From an uncultured delta proteobacterium (GTDB taxonomy: Bacteria; Desulfobacterota; Zymogenia; Zymogenales; Zymogenaceae), in assembly GCA_963735595.1 (NCBI GenBank), contig CAVTLK010000005.1, positions 864,001-928,000 of the forward strand: 64,000 nt of DNA, written 5' to 3'. Both the position numbers and the translations under genes were made by a program. Positions 34,053-44,597 of this stretch are shown piece after piece. The notes beneath the pieces are model-generated. The model was not told the origin of the DNA. It worked only from the letters and a program-made list of their open reading frames with translations, and did no database searches. Position 1 is the stretch's first letter, and each line of letters starts with the position of its first letter.

Positions 34053-34820
34053 GTGGTACCAGCCGAAAAAGAGCGAACGCTGGCGGTCTTTATTGATTTT
34101 GAGAATCTGGCCCTCGGTTTTGTGAAGGAAAAGTCCCTTAAGTTTGATATAGAGAAGGCCCTGGAGCGGCTGCTGGACAAGGGCAAGATCATCGTCAAGA
34201 AGGCCTATGCCGACTGGACCCGTTTTGCCGAGTACAAGAAGGCCCTCCACGAGTCGGCGGTTGAGCTCATCGAGATCCCCAAGCGTTTTATGACCGGTAA
34301 GAACTCGGCGGATATCCGGCTGGCGGTGGACGCCATGGACATGTCATACTCCAAGGACCACATCGATACCTTCGTTATCGTCTCGGGCGATTCGGACTTT
34401 TCCCCGCTGGTCAGCAAGCTCAAGGAAAACGGCAAGACCGTCATCGGGATGGGGATGAAGGGTTCCAGCTCCGAGCTCTTGATCCACAATTGCGATGAGT
34501 TTATCTATTACGAAGACCTCGAGCGGCCGCTCAGTAAACCCCCCAAGGTCGACACGAGCCTCTCCAAGGAGAAGCAGGAGGCCTTTGCGCTACTGGTGTC
34601 GTCGGTAACCGCGCTGCAAAGGGAGAACAAGGACATCATCTACTCGTCGATGGTCAAGGATACCATGATCCGAAAGCAGCCTTCGTTCAACGAGTCTTAC
34701 CACGGCTACCGCTCGTTTTCGGACCTGCTGGAAGACGCTCAGAAACACGGGCTCATCACCCTCAAGATCAACGCCCGCAGCGGGACCTATACGGTCACGG
34801 GATTCGGGAAGGTGGAGTAG
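34053..34820 (+). CDS. NYN domain protein with C-terminal LOTUS/OST-HTH domain
   Basis: AVFIDFEN, KNSADIRLAVDAM, VSGDSDF, CDEFIYY, PSFNESYHGYRSFSDLL. Confidence 0.9.
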   Translation: MVPAEKERTLAVFIDFENLALGFVKEKSLKFDIEKALERLLDKGKIIVKKAYADWTRFAEYKKALHESAVELIEIPKRFMTGKNSADIRLAVDAMDMSYSKDHIDTFVIVSGDSDFSPLVSKLKENGKTVIGMGMKGSSSELLIHNCDEFIYYEDLERPLSKPPKVDTSLSKEKQEAFALLVSSVTALQRENKDIIYSSMVKDTMIRKQPSFNESYHGYRSFSDLLEDAQKHGLITLKINARSGTYTVTGFGKVE

Positions 34821-34850
34821 GGAGGTAGAGAATCCATGTTTTTAAATTTA

Positions 34851-34877
34851 AAGACCCGCCGGGAGGCGGGTCTTTTT
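34851..34877 (+). terminator. Intrinsic terminator
   Basis: AAGACCCGCC GGGA GGCGGGTCTTTTT. Confidence 0.85.
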
Positions 34878-34969
34878 GTTATCGGTTGTAAGCGCGGCAC
34901 TAATGCCGGCCGGCGGGTGGGTGGCACGGGCAATGTTAAACTGTGCCGCCTTCGGCGGCGATTATTATT

Positions 34970-35146
34970 GTCATTGCGAGGGCGCGGCAGCGCCCGCGAC
35001 AACCTCATTGCCCGTGGGGTGGGGGAGCTGCCGGGCACGACGTGTCATGCCCCTACAGGTTATAAACCCATTTCGTGTTAGAACGCGTAGGGGCTGCATT
35101 CATGCCGCTCGTCCCTTCATTATCGCCTCTCCATCGTCATTGCGAG
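34970..35146. repeat. Cluster of REP-like palindromic elements
   Basis: GTCATTGCGAG at 34970 and 35136 (also at 42524); GTAGGGGC / CATGCCCCTAC motifs at 35046-35095. Confidence 0.55.
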
Positions 35147-35566
35147 CCGCCCATCGGGGCGCTCGCCGAACGTGAAAACGTCGCCGTAAATGTATTTCCA
35201 CGCTTCGATGGCATTCCTGTAGAGGGTTATGAATTCCTCGAATTTTCTTTCCGGGGATTGGGTCTTATCGAGACTAAGCATGTCGGGAAAGAACTCGAGG
35301 GTAAGGTCGAAAGCCTTTTTCCCTCCGCGAAAGAGGAGCGGCCGGGCGCCGCGTTCCCCGAAGAGGCCCAGCGTGCTGGTGAAAAACCGGGTCATATCCG
35401 AAAGAGGATAGACCATTTCGAAATCAGGGGGCGGATAATTCCCGATGAATTTATCGAGTCCCGCGTAATTCAGTACTGCGGACAAGCCGCCCTTACCGAG
35501 GATATCCTCAGTGGTCATAAACGTGAGGTTCAGGAGTTGATTTGGAATCTTCTCATTCAGACCCAT
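35120..35566 (-). pseudogene. 3'-truncated V4R paralog
   Basis: Same MGLNEKIPNQLL start as 35746-36351, but it stops after YGDVFTF.. and lacks all Cys motifs; no continuation seen in other frames. Confidence 0.7.
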
Positions 35567-35745
35567 GGTAGTATGTCTCCGTACGAGTTTTAGGGAAGAG
35601 ACCACTGCAACCGGATAGGTATCTGCAAAGAAACGATCAGGAGGCAAATGGTAGTGGATGCCTTCACATTACCCCATAATAAATAATAAGGTCAAGGATT
35701 GTTTTAACGATCCTTGACCTTATCGGAGAGCAGGTAGTGATATTC

Positions 35746-36351
35746 CTACGGCCGGTGTATGATGAACTTGCACACCGGGTCGCCCGCGGCGATGCACTGC
35801 GTTTCCTCGACCTTCACCTCGCCGCCCATAACATAGTGCAAAAAGCCGTACTGAAATCCCACCTGGGCGTGGCAGATCGGTTTTTCTGTCTTGAGCCCCA
35901 GGCACCAGAAGCAGGGGCCTATCTCGACGGCGGCGCCCTCCGGGATCTCGTAAAACGTGAAGACGTCGCCGTAGATGTAATTGGAGGCTACTACGGCGGC
36001 CCCGTAGAGTTTGACAAACTCCTCGAACTTTTTTTCAACCGGCTTGGTCTTATCGATGCGGTGCATGTCAGGGAAGAGCTCGAGGCTGATCTCGAACCCG
36101 CGTCTACCCCCGTGAAAAAGTATGGGACGCGCGCCCTTCTCCCCGAAGATATCAATAGCGCCGGTGACGAACTTGATGAACTTCTCAATGGGATAGACCA
36201 TCTCAAAATCGGCCGGCGGCATCGAACCTACAAATTCGTCGAGCTTCGCGTACCGGAGGAGGGTGTTCAGCCCGGACTTGCCGATGATCTCCTCTGTAGC
36301 CATGAAGGTCAGGTGCAGCAACTGGTTCGGGATCTTCTCGTTGAGCCCCAT
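35746..36351 (-). CDS. Stand-alone V4R-domain protein
   Basis: PCFWC...PICH...VEETQCIAAGDPVCKF. Confidence 0.87.
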   Translation of the reverse strand: MGLNEKIPNQLLHLTFMATEEIIGKSGLNTLLRYAKLDEFVGSMPPADFEMVYPIEKFIKFVTGAIDIFGEKGARPILFHGGRRGFEISLELFPDMHRIDKTKPVEKKFEEFVKLYGAAVVASNYIYGDVFTFYEIPEGAAVEIGPCFWCLGLKTEKPICHAQVGFQYGFLHYVMGGEVKVEETQCIAAGDPVCKFIIHRP

Positions 36352-36532
36352 ATTTTATTCCTCCGTTTTCGTATGTCCTCGGTTCGGCCTATCGCATTAC
36401 GGAAATTCCCAATACTCGTGACCCAACGCGGGGAGAGGGCGTAACGCCTTCTCCGTAATCATAGCACAGGACGCGGGCGTTGTCGACGGCTGGGCGCTTG
36501 TATGAGACCCAGGCCGACGGTGCTTCTGCCGC

Positions 36533-37108
36533 CTACGCGCCTATCACCACCTCATAGTGGCAGGTTTCGTCCCCCTTCGCCTTGCATCTGGTCTCCGCCG
36601 ACCGCGCCCCTTCGAAACCGGCCCAGACAGCCAAGCTATCCAAAAAGCCGTTGATGATGGTGCAGATTGGGACGTCGCTCTTGAGGTTGAAACATGTGGC
36701 GCATTGAGGGTTGTCGAACGTCAACCTGTTCCCCTGAATCGTGACCGTTCCCCGGCCCGATACAATCGTGTAGAGCTCGACGGCCTTGAAGAGCTTCTCC
36801 TGCCCCGGAAGGTCTTTGAACTGATCGAGGAGACCCAGGTCCTTGACCCGCTTGGCGATGGACTTTCCTATGATCCGAAAGATCGCCTTAGCCCCGGGGA
36901 CGCCCAGCAACTCGTAGAAACTCACGATGATCCGGGAATACTCCATGTCGGTGTAGGTCTTCTCGAACCCGTAACCGGGTTTTTCCTCCATGAGGTGGGA
37001 CATCATGGCGTAGTTAAGGAGCGACTTGAGGCCGTTAGTCCCGATTACGTCTTCGGCGGCGTCCATCAGGACCCGGACGGTCCCGCTGCCGACGGTCTTT
37101 TCGTCCAT
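36533..37108 (-). CDS. Stand-alone V4R-domain protein
   Basis: CATC...PICTII.GF...ETRCKAKGDETCHY; start MDEKTV with AGAGGA RBS. Confidence 0.85.
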   Translation of the reverse strand: MDEKTVGSGTVRVLMDAAEDVIGTNGLKSLLNYAMMSHLMEEKPGYGFEKTYTDMEYSRIIVSFYELLGVPGAKAIFRIIGKSIAKRVKDLGLLDQFKDLPGQEKLFKAVELYTIVSGRGTVTIQGNRLTFDNPQCATCFNLKSDVPICTIINGFLDSLAVWAGFEGARSAETRCKAKGDETCHYEVVIGA

Positions 37109-37133
37109 TTCTGATGTCCTCTTTACGCGGTTC

Positions 37134-37337
37134 TCACTGCTGCACGAAGTGTTCGACCGATTCCCCGAGCCCTTCCATAATCGTGTTAAACTCATTGATG
37201 AACTCGTCCCGCACGACGATGATACCTCCGCACACGGGACAATGAAGCTCGTCTCCCGACTTCGGGATACCGGCGGCAAACGCGTTAGCCTCGTTGCAGT
37301 CGGGACAGGTAAAGACGATAACCATATCGGTAAGCAC
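37134..37337 (-). CDS. Small zinc-ribbon protein
   Basis: CPDC...CPVC in 67 aa, directly upstream of a V4R gene. Confidence 0.65.
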   Translation of the reverse strand: MLTDMVIVFTCPDCNEANAFAAGIPKSGDELHCPVCGGIIVVRDEFINEFNTIMEGLGESVEHFVQQ

Positions 37338-37600
37338 TGCTTATCCTTCGTACACAATAAAGCTTCAATCGATAGCGTGGCCGGCTGATCGGGGCAGGTT
37401 TCGGGATTAAAGGCCTTATGGGGGTGGCGAGAGGCGCCGGCAAATGTATATTATATTATACGCGATACGTAACCCGATAGCAAGGCCAATTGACCGACGA
37501 CCGACGGCCCTTCCGTACGTCTTCCCCCTGATTTCTCACCGGGCAGGCAGGGATGGATTCGCGTGCCCGCCCATTGTCCGGTGAATCGGCGGAGAGCCGC

Positions 37601-39196
37601 CTACCCGCCGTAAATGATCTCTCCGCCGATCATCGTCATCTTCACGGCGATATCCCTGATCTCGTCCGGCGAAACGAGACGCGGATCGCGGTCGAGGATC
37701 ACGAGATCTGCCTGTTTCCCCGCCTCGATTGTGCCCCTGGTGTCTTCCTCGAAGGAGGCGTAGGCCGCCCGGCTCGTGTAGAGGGAAAGCGCGTCATAGG
37801 CGCTCAGTCGTTGGTCCGCCGTGAAACCGCGCCGTGTTACTGCACCCCACATACCCGCCAGGACCGACGGCGACTCTATGGGTGAGTCCGATCCGCCGCA
37901 CACCGGAATGTCCGCTTCGAGGGCGTGCCGTATGGCATAGACGTCCTCAAGGCGGCCCTTACCCACGCGGCTTTCGATCCATGACCCCTCCGAGACGATG
38001 AACGACGGCTGGAACGAGAGGATAATCCCGGCCTCTTTTATCGCCGGGAAATCGGAGCGCCTGATCATCCCGCAGTGTTCGATGCGGTGGCGCAAGTCGG
38101 GGCCGCCTATCGACCGCCGGGCTTCGGCGAATACGGATATCGTCCGGCTGACGGCCTCGTCACCGATGACATGGGCCGCGACCCGCAGACCCTCTTTCTG
38201 CGCCTCGAAAACGGTAGCCCGCAGGGCCTCGTCGCCGATGACCATCATACCCCGCTCACCGGGCATATCCGAATAGTCCTCGGAGAACCGGGCAGTGCGG
38301 GAGCCGAACGTTCCGTCTACGAATATCTTGAGGGCGCCGCCGCACCACCTGCCGTTCTTCTTTTCGGCGCCGAACTTTTCGGCGAGCGTCGTGACGGCCT
38401 CGGCAACCGAGGTGGCGGCGACCAGCGGGTAGACCGACTGGTGTATCTCCTTTTCGAAGAGCTTCAGCAGCGGGACCTCATACGGCCCGAGACTCCCGGC
38501 GGGCCCGTTCTGGCCGGTTTGGAGGACCGAGTGGACGCGGACAATCCCCGATTTAGACAGCTCGTCCACGAATAGATGGAAGCCCTTTCTGAACTCCTCC
38601 ACGTCGGGAATGGGAAAGGCGGCCAGCGCGAGATCGATGGCAAGCTCCTTGAGCACTCCCGTCGGCCTGCCATGCTCCCGCGCGATGACCCCTCCCTCGG
38701 GATCGGGGGTATTGTCGGTGATTTTGGCCGCGGAAAGCGTTGCCGAGTTAACGAGGCCCGTATGACCGTCGTACCGGATGAGCAGGACTGGATTGTGGGG
38801 GGCCGCGGCGTCAAGCTCGGCCAGGGTCGGCATTCGCTTGTCCGGGAAATTGTCCTCCCTGAAACGGAGGCCCATGATCCATGCCCCCGGGGAGGATGCG
38901 GCGACCTTACCTTTGATGATCGAGAGAAGCTCATCGACCGAGCCGACGTCGGCAAGATCGGTGTTCATCCTGAAATAGGCCGACAGCACCAGGTGCAGGT
39001 GACAATCGGTGAAGCCGGGGATCAGCACCCCTCCCGCGAGGTCTATCTCGTCGCATGTTGCACCCGCCCGGGCCCGCAGCTCATCGGCAGTTCCGGTGCC
39101 GGCTATCGTATCGCCGGAGACCAGGCAGGCCCCGTATGTGACCGACTGCCCCTCCATAGTCAGGACGGTTCCATTGGTAAAGATATAGTTTCCCAT
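37601..39196 (-). CDS. YtcJ-like amidohydrolase
   Basis: PGFTDCHLH, KIFVDGTFGSRTA, HVIGD, RHRIEHC, GSDSP. Confidence 0.9.
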   Translation of the reverse strand: MGNYIFTNGTVLTMEGQSVTYGACLVSGDTIAGTGTADELRARAGATCDEIDLAGGVLIPGFTDCHLHLVLSAYFRMNTDLADVGSVDELLSIIKGKVAASSPGAWIMGLRFREDNFPDKRMPTLAELDAAAPHNPVLLIRYDGHTGLVNSATLSAAKITDNTPDPEGGVIAREHGRPTGVLKELAIDLALAAFPIPDVEEFRKGFHLFVDELSKSGIVRVHSVLQTGQNGPAGSLGPYEVPLLKLFEKEIHQSVYPLVAATSVAEAVTTLAEKFGAEKKNGRWCGGALKIFVDGTFGSRTARFSEDYSDMPGERGMMVIGDEALRATVFEAQKEGLRVAAHVIGDEAVSRTISVFAEARRSIGGPDLRHRIEHCGMIRRSDFPAIKEAGIILSFQPSFIVSEGSWIESRVGKGRLEDVYAIRHALEADIPVCGGSDSPIESPSVLAGMWGAVTRRGFTADQRLSAYDALSLYTSRAAYASFEEDTRGTIEAGKQADLVILDRDPRLVSPDEIRDIAVKMTMIGGEIIYGG

Positions 39197-39432
39197 CGCC
39201 GGCTCCTTGTTGGAAAATCGTATATGTTTGTTTGACGGTCTGCAGGATTTCCCCGCCGCAGGGACCCTTGCACCGAGGCGTTACGGGCTTGCGCCGCCCC
39301 TCGGCATCGCAGCAACCCCCTCGAATATGTATCATTGGCCCGCCGCCGTGTCAAGGGCAAGAACGGCGCAAGGTGTGACCGGCGTCATAGAAGGCCGTTG
39401 GGGTGTGGGGTAGTAATGTAATAATGGTTCTT

Positions 39433-39511
39433 GTTACAGTTGCGCAACCTTCATCGGCGGTGTTGCAGTAATGTAACTTTTATTTGACTTTCTATAACGA
39501 TTCACTATAAT
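39433..39511 (+). promoter_or_regulatory. Two GTTRCA-N4-YGYAAC palindromes followed by a sigma-70 promoter
   Basis: GTTACAGTTGCGCAAC (39433), GTTGCAGTAATGTAAC (39462), TTGACT (39484)-N16-TATAAT (39506). Confidence 0.6.
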
Positions 39512-39539
39512 AATCATCAATTAATAAGGACTGTCACTC

Positions 39540-42476
39540 GTGACCGAAAGACAGATGCATATTCTCCTGATTGAAGACAGTCCCTGGGACAGGCGGCTCA
39601 TCGGCGATATGCTTGCCGAGGTAAAAGACGAATCCTTCGTCCTTTCGACCGCCGACGACCTTGCGGAAGGTAAGCGACTGCTGGGCGTCGGCGACATAGA
39701 TCTCATACTGCTTGATCTCATCCTTCCCGACTCCGAAGGACTGAATACGCTCCATGCCGTCCTGGAAGGCTACTCCGTCGATACCAATAGTCATCTGCTC
39801 GTCGATATCCAACAAGGAAATCACGCTCAAGGCCGTAAGCGAGGGCGCCCAGGACTTCCTGATCAAGGGCAGTATCGACCCGACGACGCTGGTGCGCTCC
39901 ATGCGGTATGCCCGGGAGCGTAAAAGGAGCGAGGAGGCCCTTAAACTGGCCCATGACCATCTGGAGATGCGGGTCAAGCAGCGGACCGCCGAGCTTAACC
40001 GAGGCAAACGATCTCCTTACAAGAGAAATCGTCGAACGCAAGGCGGCCGAGGAATCTCTCTCGTCGCTGAGAAAGGCTGTGGAGAGCAGCACCGTCGGAA
40101 TAACCGTTACCGACCTCTCGGGCGTCATCATCTATACCAATCCTGCTGAAGCCGCAATGCACGGCTACACGGTAGGTGAGCTCATCGGGTCCCAGGCCCG
40201 TTTACTGGCCCCGGAAGAGATCAGGAGAAAGATGACGCTCGCGGAAATCAGCGAGATGAAAAGCAGTGACCCGCGAGACGGTCAATATCCGAAAAGACGG
40301 CAGTACTTTCCCCATCAGCAGGACAACCGATATCATCAGGGAACAAAACGGCCACCCCCTTTTTGTTGTAAGCGTCTCGGAAGACATTACCGAAAAGAAG
40401 CACGCAGAGGAAAAGATACGCGAATCAGAAAAGAAATATCGGGACCTTGTGGACAACATGCAGGACCTGGTCTACATTATCGACGAGAAAGGGAGATATC
40501 CGATTCGTAAACCAGGCGGTAGCCGACCGGTCCGGATTCGAGATAGAAGAGCTCAAGGGGAAGAGCATCGCCGATTTCTTCACCACGGAGTCACTCAAAT
40601 ACCTGGAAGAGGTATACAGGCAGCGTGCAACGGGCGAAGACGTGGGCGTATATGAGCTGGACTATTACGACCGCCAGGGCAACGTCAGAACGATCGAGGC
40701 CAAGGAACGGCCGATCATCAGAGACGGCAGGATCGTCGAGGTTCAGGGGATCGCCCGCGACATCACCCAACGAAAACAGGTGGAGCAGGCGCTGAGAGAA
40801 TCGGAGCGTCAGTACAGGGAGCTGGTGGACACGATCAGCGATTATCTGTATGTTGCCGACGAAAAGGGAACGGTTTTATTCGCCAATAAGTCCCTGTGCG
40901 ACGACGCGGGCTATTCCCTCAATGAGATCGTCGGCAGTAACGTCAGCCGGTTTCTGACCCCCGATTCCCAGGAGCTTTCGGCGCGGTTGTTTCGGAAACA
41001 ATTGGCCGGAGAAGAGATCGAGGCCTTCGAAATAGATTTTTCCGCCAAGGACGGCACAATCAGGACGGTCGAAATTCGCGAGAGCCACGTTTGGCAGAAC
41101 GGCCGCATCGTTCAGGTCAGGGGGATCGGCCGGGACGTTACCGAACAGAAGAAGGTGGTCGCCACCACGCTTGACAGCGTTTCGGACGGGATCATCATCC
41201 TGAACATGAAGGGCGAGGTTACCTCAACGAATGCCGCCGCCGAACGGATTACGGGACTCGACCGCAGCCGGATAATCGGCAAACTCCTTTCCGAGATCCT
41301 CCGGGAGCGGTACCGGCAGCGGCGAGTCAATCCCGCTTGGAATTATCGGCACCGGGAAGACCTGGTAAACCGGGAGCTGGACCTGATAACCGCCACCGAG
41401 CGAATTGTTCCGGTGTCTCTTTCTCAAGGTGCTCCTCACCGACCGGGAGGGCAAGACCCTCGGCCGTGTTGTGACGTTCCGGGACATCTCGCGTGATCGT
41501 CGAGCTTAAAAAGGAGATCGACCGGAAATATACCTACCAGGATATCATCAGCAAGAACAAGCAGGTCAAGGAAATATTCGACATCCTCCCCCACATATCC
41601 GACAGTGACAGCACCGTGCTGATAGAGGGCAAGAGCGGGACCGGCAAAGAGCTCTTCGCCCGGGCCATCCACAACCTGTCGACCCGGAGAAAGGGACCTT
41701 TCGTTGCGGTAAACTGCGCCGCCCTTCCCGATACGCTGCTGGAATCGGAGCTTTTCGGATACGTGAAAGGGGCCTTCACCAACGCCGTGAAGGATAAACC
41801 CGGAAGGTTCGCCCTGGCACAGGGAGGAACGATACTCCTGGACGAGATCGGAGACATGCCGAAAGCCCTTCAGGTGAAACTGCTGCGCGTCCTGGAACAG
41901 AAGGAATATGAGCCGCTCGGCTCGGTGGCCAGTATAAAGAGCGATGTCCGGATCATTGCCTCAACGAACCGGGAGCTTGCTTTCGAGGTGGAACGCGGTA
42001 ATTTCCGGGAAGACCTCTTCTATCGCCTCAACGTCGTAAAGATCTCGCTGCCGGAGCTCAAAGAGCGTCGGGAGGACATACCGCTGCTGACAAGCCACTT
42101 CGCGGATAAATTCGCCAGCAAGATGGGAAAGGCCGTATCGTCGGTGTCCGAGGGGATGCTCGATATCCTGATGAGCCATGATTTCCCGGGCAACATCAGG
42201 GAGCTCGAAAATGTCATCGAGCATGCGATGGTTATTTCCGGCGGAGGGGTGCTTGACGTGCAGCATATGCCGAAGTCGCTCCTGGACAAGGCCTCGGCGC
42301 GGGGCTACCTGCAGGCATCGTTCAGGGAAGAGGTAACCAAGTCCGAGAGGAAGATCATTGAGGAGGCCCTCGCCAAGTTCCACGGGAGCCGCATCCTGGC
42401 GGCAGACTTCCTGAACATGAACCGGACGACCCTCTGGCGCAAGATGAAGCGGTACGGGCTGTTGGTCGAGGAATAG
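39540..42476 (+). CDS. Sigma-54 enhancer-binding protein: receiver, about four PAS, AAA+, Fis-HTH; several indels
   Basis: LLIEDS/LLDL..PD receiver, PAS repeats, GKSGTGKE, GAFTNA, LDEIGD, FPGNIREL, RTTLWRKM. Confidence 0.88.
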
Positions 42477-42548
42477 GGGGCGGGAGATTACGGGGACACC
42501 ATAGTTAATTTTCCCCTTTCACCGTCATTGCGAGGAGGCCCCGGAGGG

Positions 42549-43307
42549 TCATAATCCCGCCTTTCTGATATACGCTCCCCAGATAATCGCGGTGGGGGGG
42601 ACCCTGAGGGGGGCGCGCCTGAGGCTGTCCGCGTTCATCGCCACGGCTTTGCGCGAGATGGGGGATGTAGTAACGGAGAAATCGGCCACGCCCGCCGCCC
42701 GGATAATCTCTTCGGCGCCCTCCGGCGCGATCGCCTCTTCTATCGATTCGAGGAACGCCCCCGCCGCCGCCTTTGACAGATTGCCAGCGATGAAATCGAC
42801 AACCGACCGATCGGCCCGGCCGTTCAGGTCGATGACCAACGCCAGCCCGCCGGGCGCCAGCGCCCGGTATATCTCCGCAAAGAGCCGTGTCTTGTCCGGC
42901 ACGTGGTGGACGACCCCGTAAGAGGCGACGACGGCAAGGGAGTTATCCCGAATCGGGAGCATGGTCGCGTCGCCCGCGACCGGCCTAACGCCTCCGGGCA
43001 AACCGCCATACGCCATCGCCTCGGAGATTATCGCGGGGGAAATGTCGAGCGCCACGACCGGGCGGCCCGGTGAGCGCCTGGAGAGCTCGGCGGCCATGTT
43101 TCCCATGCCGGTGCCGATATCGAGGATAGCGCCCGCCCGTCCGCAGGCCGTCCACCCCTTTGAACGGATGAAAAGCTCATCGGCTACCAGCGCGTACATC
43201 GTGGCCAGCACCGAGTCGGCCATCTCTTTGTATGCCGCCGCCGCTTCCGAGACCGACAGGCCCGCAAATTCGCCGGAAAGATCCACGCTCTTTTTCCGGT
43301 CATCCAT
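42549..43307 (-). CDS. Class I SAM-dependent methyltransferase
   Basis: ILDIGTGMG, ALDIS, GDATMLP, YRALAPGG. Confidence 0.87.
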   Translation of the reverse strand: MDDRKKSVDLSGEFAGLSVSEAAAAYKEMADSVLATMYALVADELFIRSKGWTACGRAGAILDIGTGMGNMAAELSRRSPGRPVVALDISPAIISEAMAYGGLPGGVRPVAGDATMLPIRDNSLAVVASYGVVHHVPDKTRLFAEIYRALAPGGLALVIDLNGRADRSVVDFIAGNLSKAAAGAFLESIEEAIAPEGAEEIIRAAGVADFSVTTSPISRKAVAMNADSLRRAPLRVPPTAIIWGAYIRKAGL

Positions 43308-43418
43308 ATAGCACCGCATACCGTATCGTCCCGATATTCATACATGGAAATTGGGCCGATGTCCAGAGTAAATCGACCGGGGAAGCAGGGCCGTATGGGT
43401 TCTGTTGATACCTGTTTT

Positions 43419-43952
43419 CTATACGGAAGTTTTCTTCCCGGCAATCGCCTTTTCCCTGGCCAGGATCAGCGCGATAACCACCAGCGTGATCACCGTCTCG
43501 GGGAGCATATAGCTGCCGTTGTATATTGCCGAATAGGCCAGCACGTTCATGCCCTCCGGCGCGTACTGCGCGAAGAAGATCACCCCCGAGAGGGTATGGG
43601 CGGCAAACCTCAGGAAGCTGCCGACCACCACGCCCACGAGGGGGACGGACCGCATGAACCCCGCTACTCCCAGCAATGTGAAGGCCAGGGGATAGTCCAG
43701 GACCAACTGGGCCGGATGGACAATGTAGGCCCCGAAGAAGAGCTGACCAAGCCCCATGAGTAAGCCGGTGACGCACCCAAGGACACCTCCACGCCGCACC
43801 GCGATATAGAACACCGGGATCATCTCCAGCGATAGCGAACCGCCCTGGGGAAGGGTATAGAGCTTAACGAGCGAGAGGACTACGGCCAGAGCCGCGGCCA
43901 GCGCCACCTCCACCATGACCCGAACATTCTTGATATTGGTCCTTGTTTCCAT
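43419..43952 (-). CDS. thiT: ECF S-component thiamine transporter ThiT
   Basis: LPQGGSLSL, HPAQLVLDY, HTLSGVIFF..YAPEG, YNGSY; TPP riboswitch upstream. Confidence 0.9.
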   Translation of the reverse strand: METRTNIKNVRVMVEVALAAALAVVLSLVKLYTLPQGGSLSLEMIPVFYIAVRRGGVLGCVTGLLMGLGQLFFGAYIVHPAQLVLDYPLAFTLLGVAGFMRSVPLVGVVVGSFLRFAAHTLSGVIFFAQYAPEGMNVLAYSAIYNGSYMLPETVITLVVIALILAREKAIAGKKTSV

Positions 43953-44032
43953 CTCTTTTGTCTCCTTTTATTTCCATACAACGCGCCGTAATCGGCAAGA
44001 GCCTGCGTTTGAAAGTGGACTTCGGGGCGCCG

Positions 44033-44068
44033 AAAAAACAAAACGGCCGTCGGAAAACCGACGGCCGT
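44033..44068 (-). terminator. Riboswitch expression-platform terminator
   Basis: ACGGCCGTCGG TTTT CCGACGGCCGT followed by TTTGTTTTTT on the minus strand. Confidence 0.88.
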
Positions 44069-44082
44069 AGTGGATATAGTAT

Positions 44083-44160
44083 TAATTTTCCTCCGCCGGA
44101 ATTACCCGGATCAGGTTCAAAGGGTATAATCTCAGCCCAGTGGGCACCCCAGTTTCCGAT
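44083..44160 (-). ncRNA. TPP riboswitch
   Basis: Minus strand GGGGTGC...GCTGAGA...ACCCTTTGAACCTGATCCGGGTAATTCCGGCGGAGGA matches the THI-box consensus. Confidence 0.95.
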
Positions 44161-44460
44161 TTTCAACGAGCATTTTAATACATCGAATCGCCGATATCGA
44201 TCCGACTATGACGTTCATGATAGCCCAATCGACGGCGAGGTCAAGGAAAAATAGTGAAGGCGGGGACAAATCGGGGATCGGGCCGGGCGTGGCAGCGTCA
44301 CGGGGCAGGCGACGGGGGGGGCGATCGGGAGGGGATCGGGCTAAATTCTATTTGACACCTCCGGTAAAAGTTGGTACTAATACCCGATCGGTGATATACG
44401 GGATACCTGCTCAACGGCGATCTCCCGTTTCGGCCGAGGACATAAAGAACACTTCACTAC

Positions 44461-44536
44461 GCGCCCGTAGCTCAGGGGATAGAGCAACGGACTTCTAATC
44501 CGTGGGTCGCAGGTTCAATTCCTGCCGGGCGCGCCA
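44461..44536 (+). tRNA. tRNA-Arg (anticodon TCT), integration target
   Basis: Cloverleaf: GCGCCCG acceptor stem, ACGGA-CTTCTAA-TCCGT anticodon arm, GGTTCAATTCC T-loop, encoded CCA. Confidence 0.97.
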
Positions 44537-44597
44537 AAATCCTAATGATCTCAATTGGTTGAAAATCACCCCAACCCATTTTTTTGCGTATTTTGGA

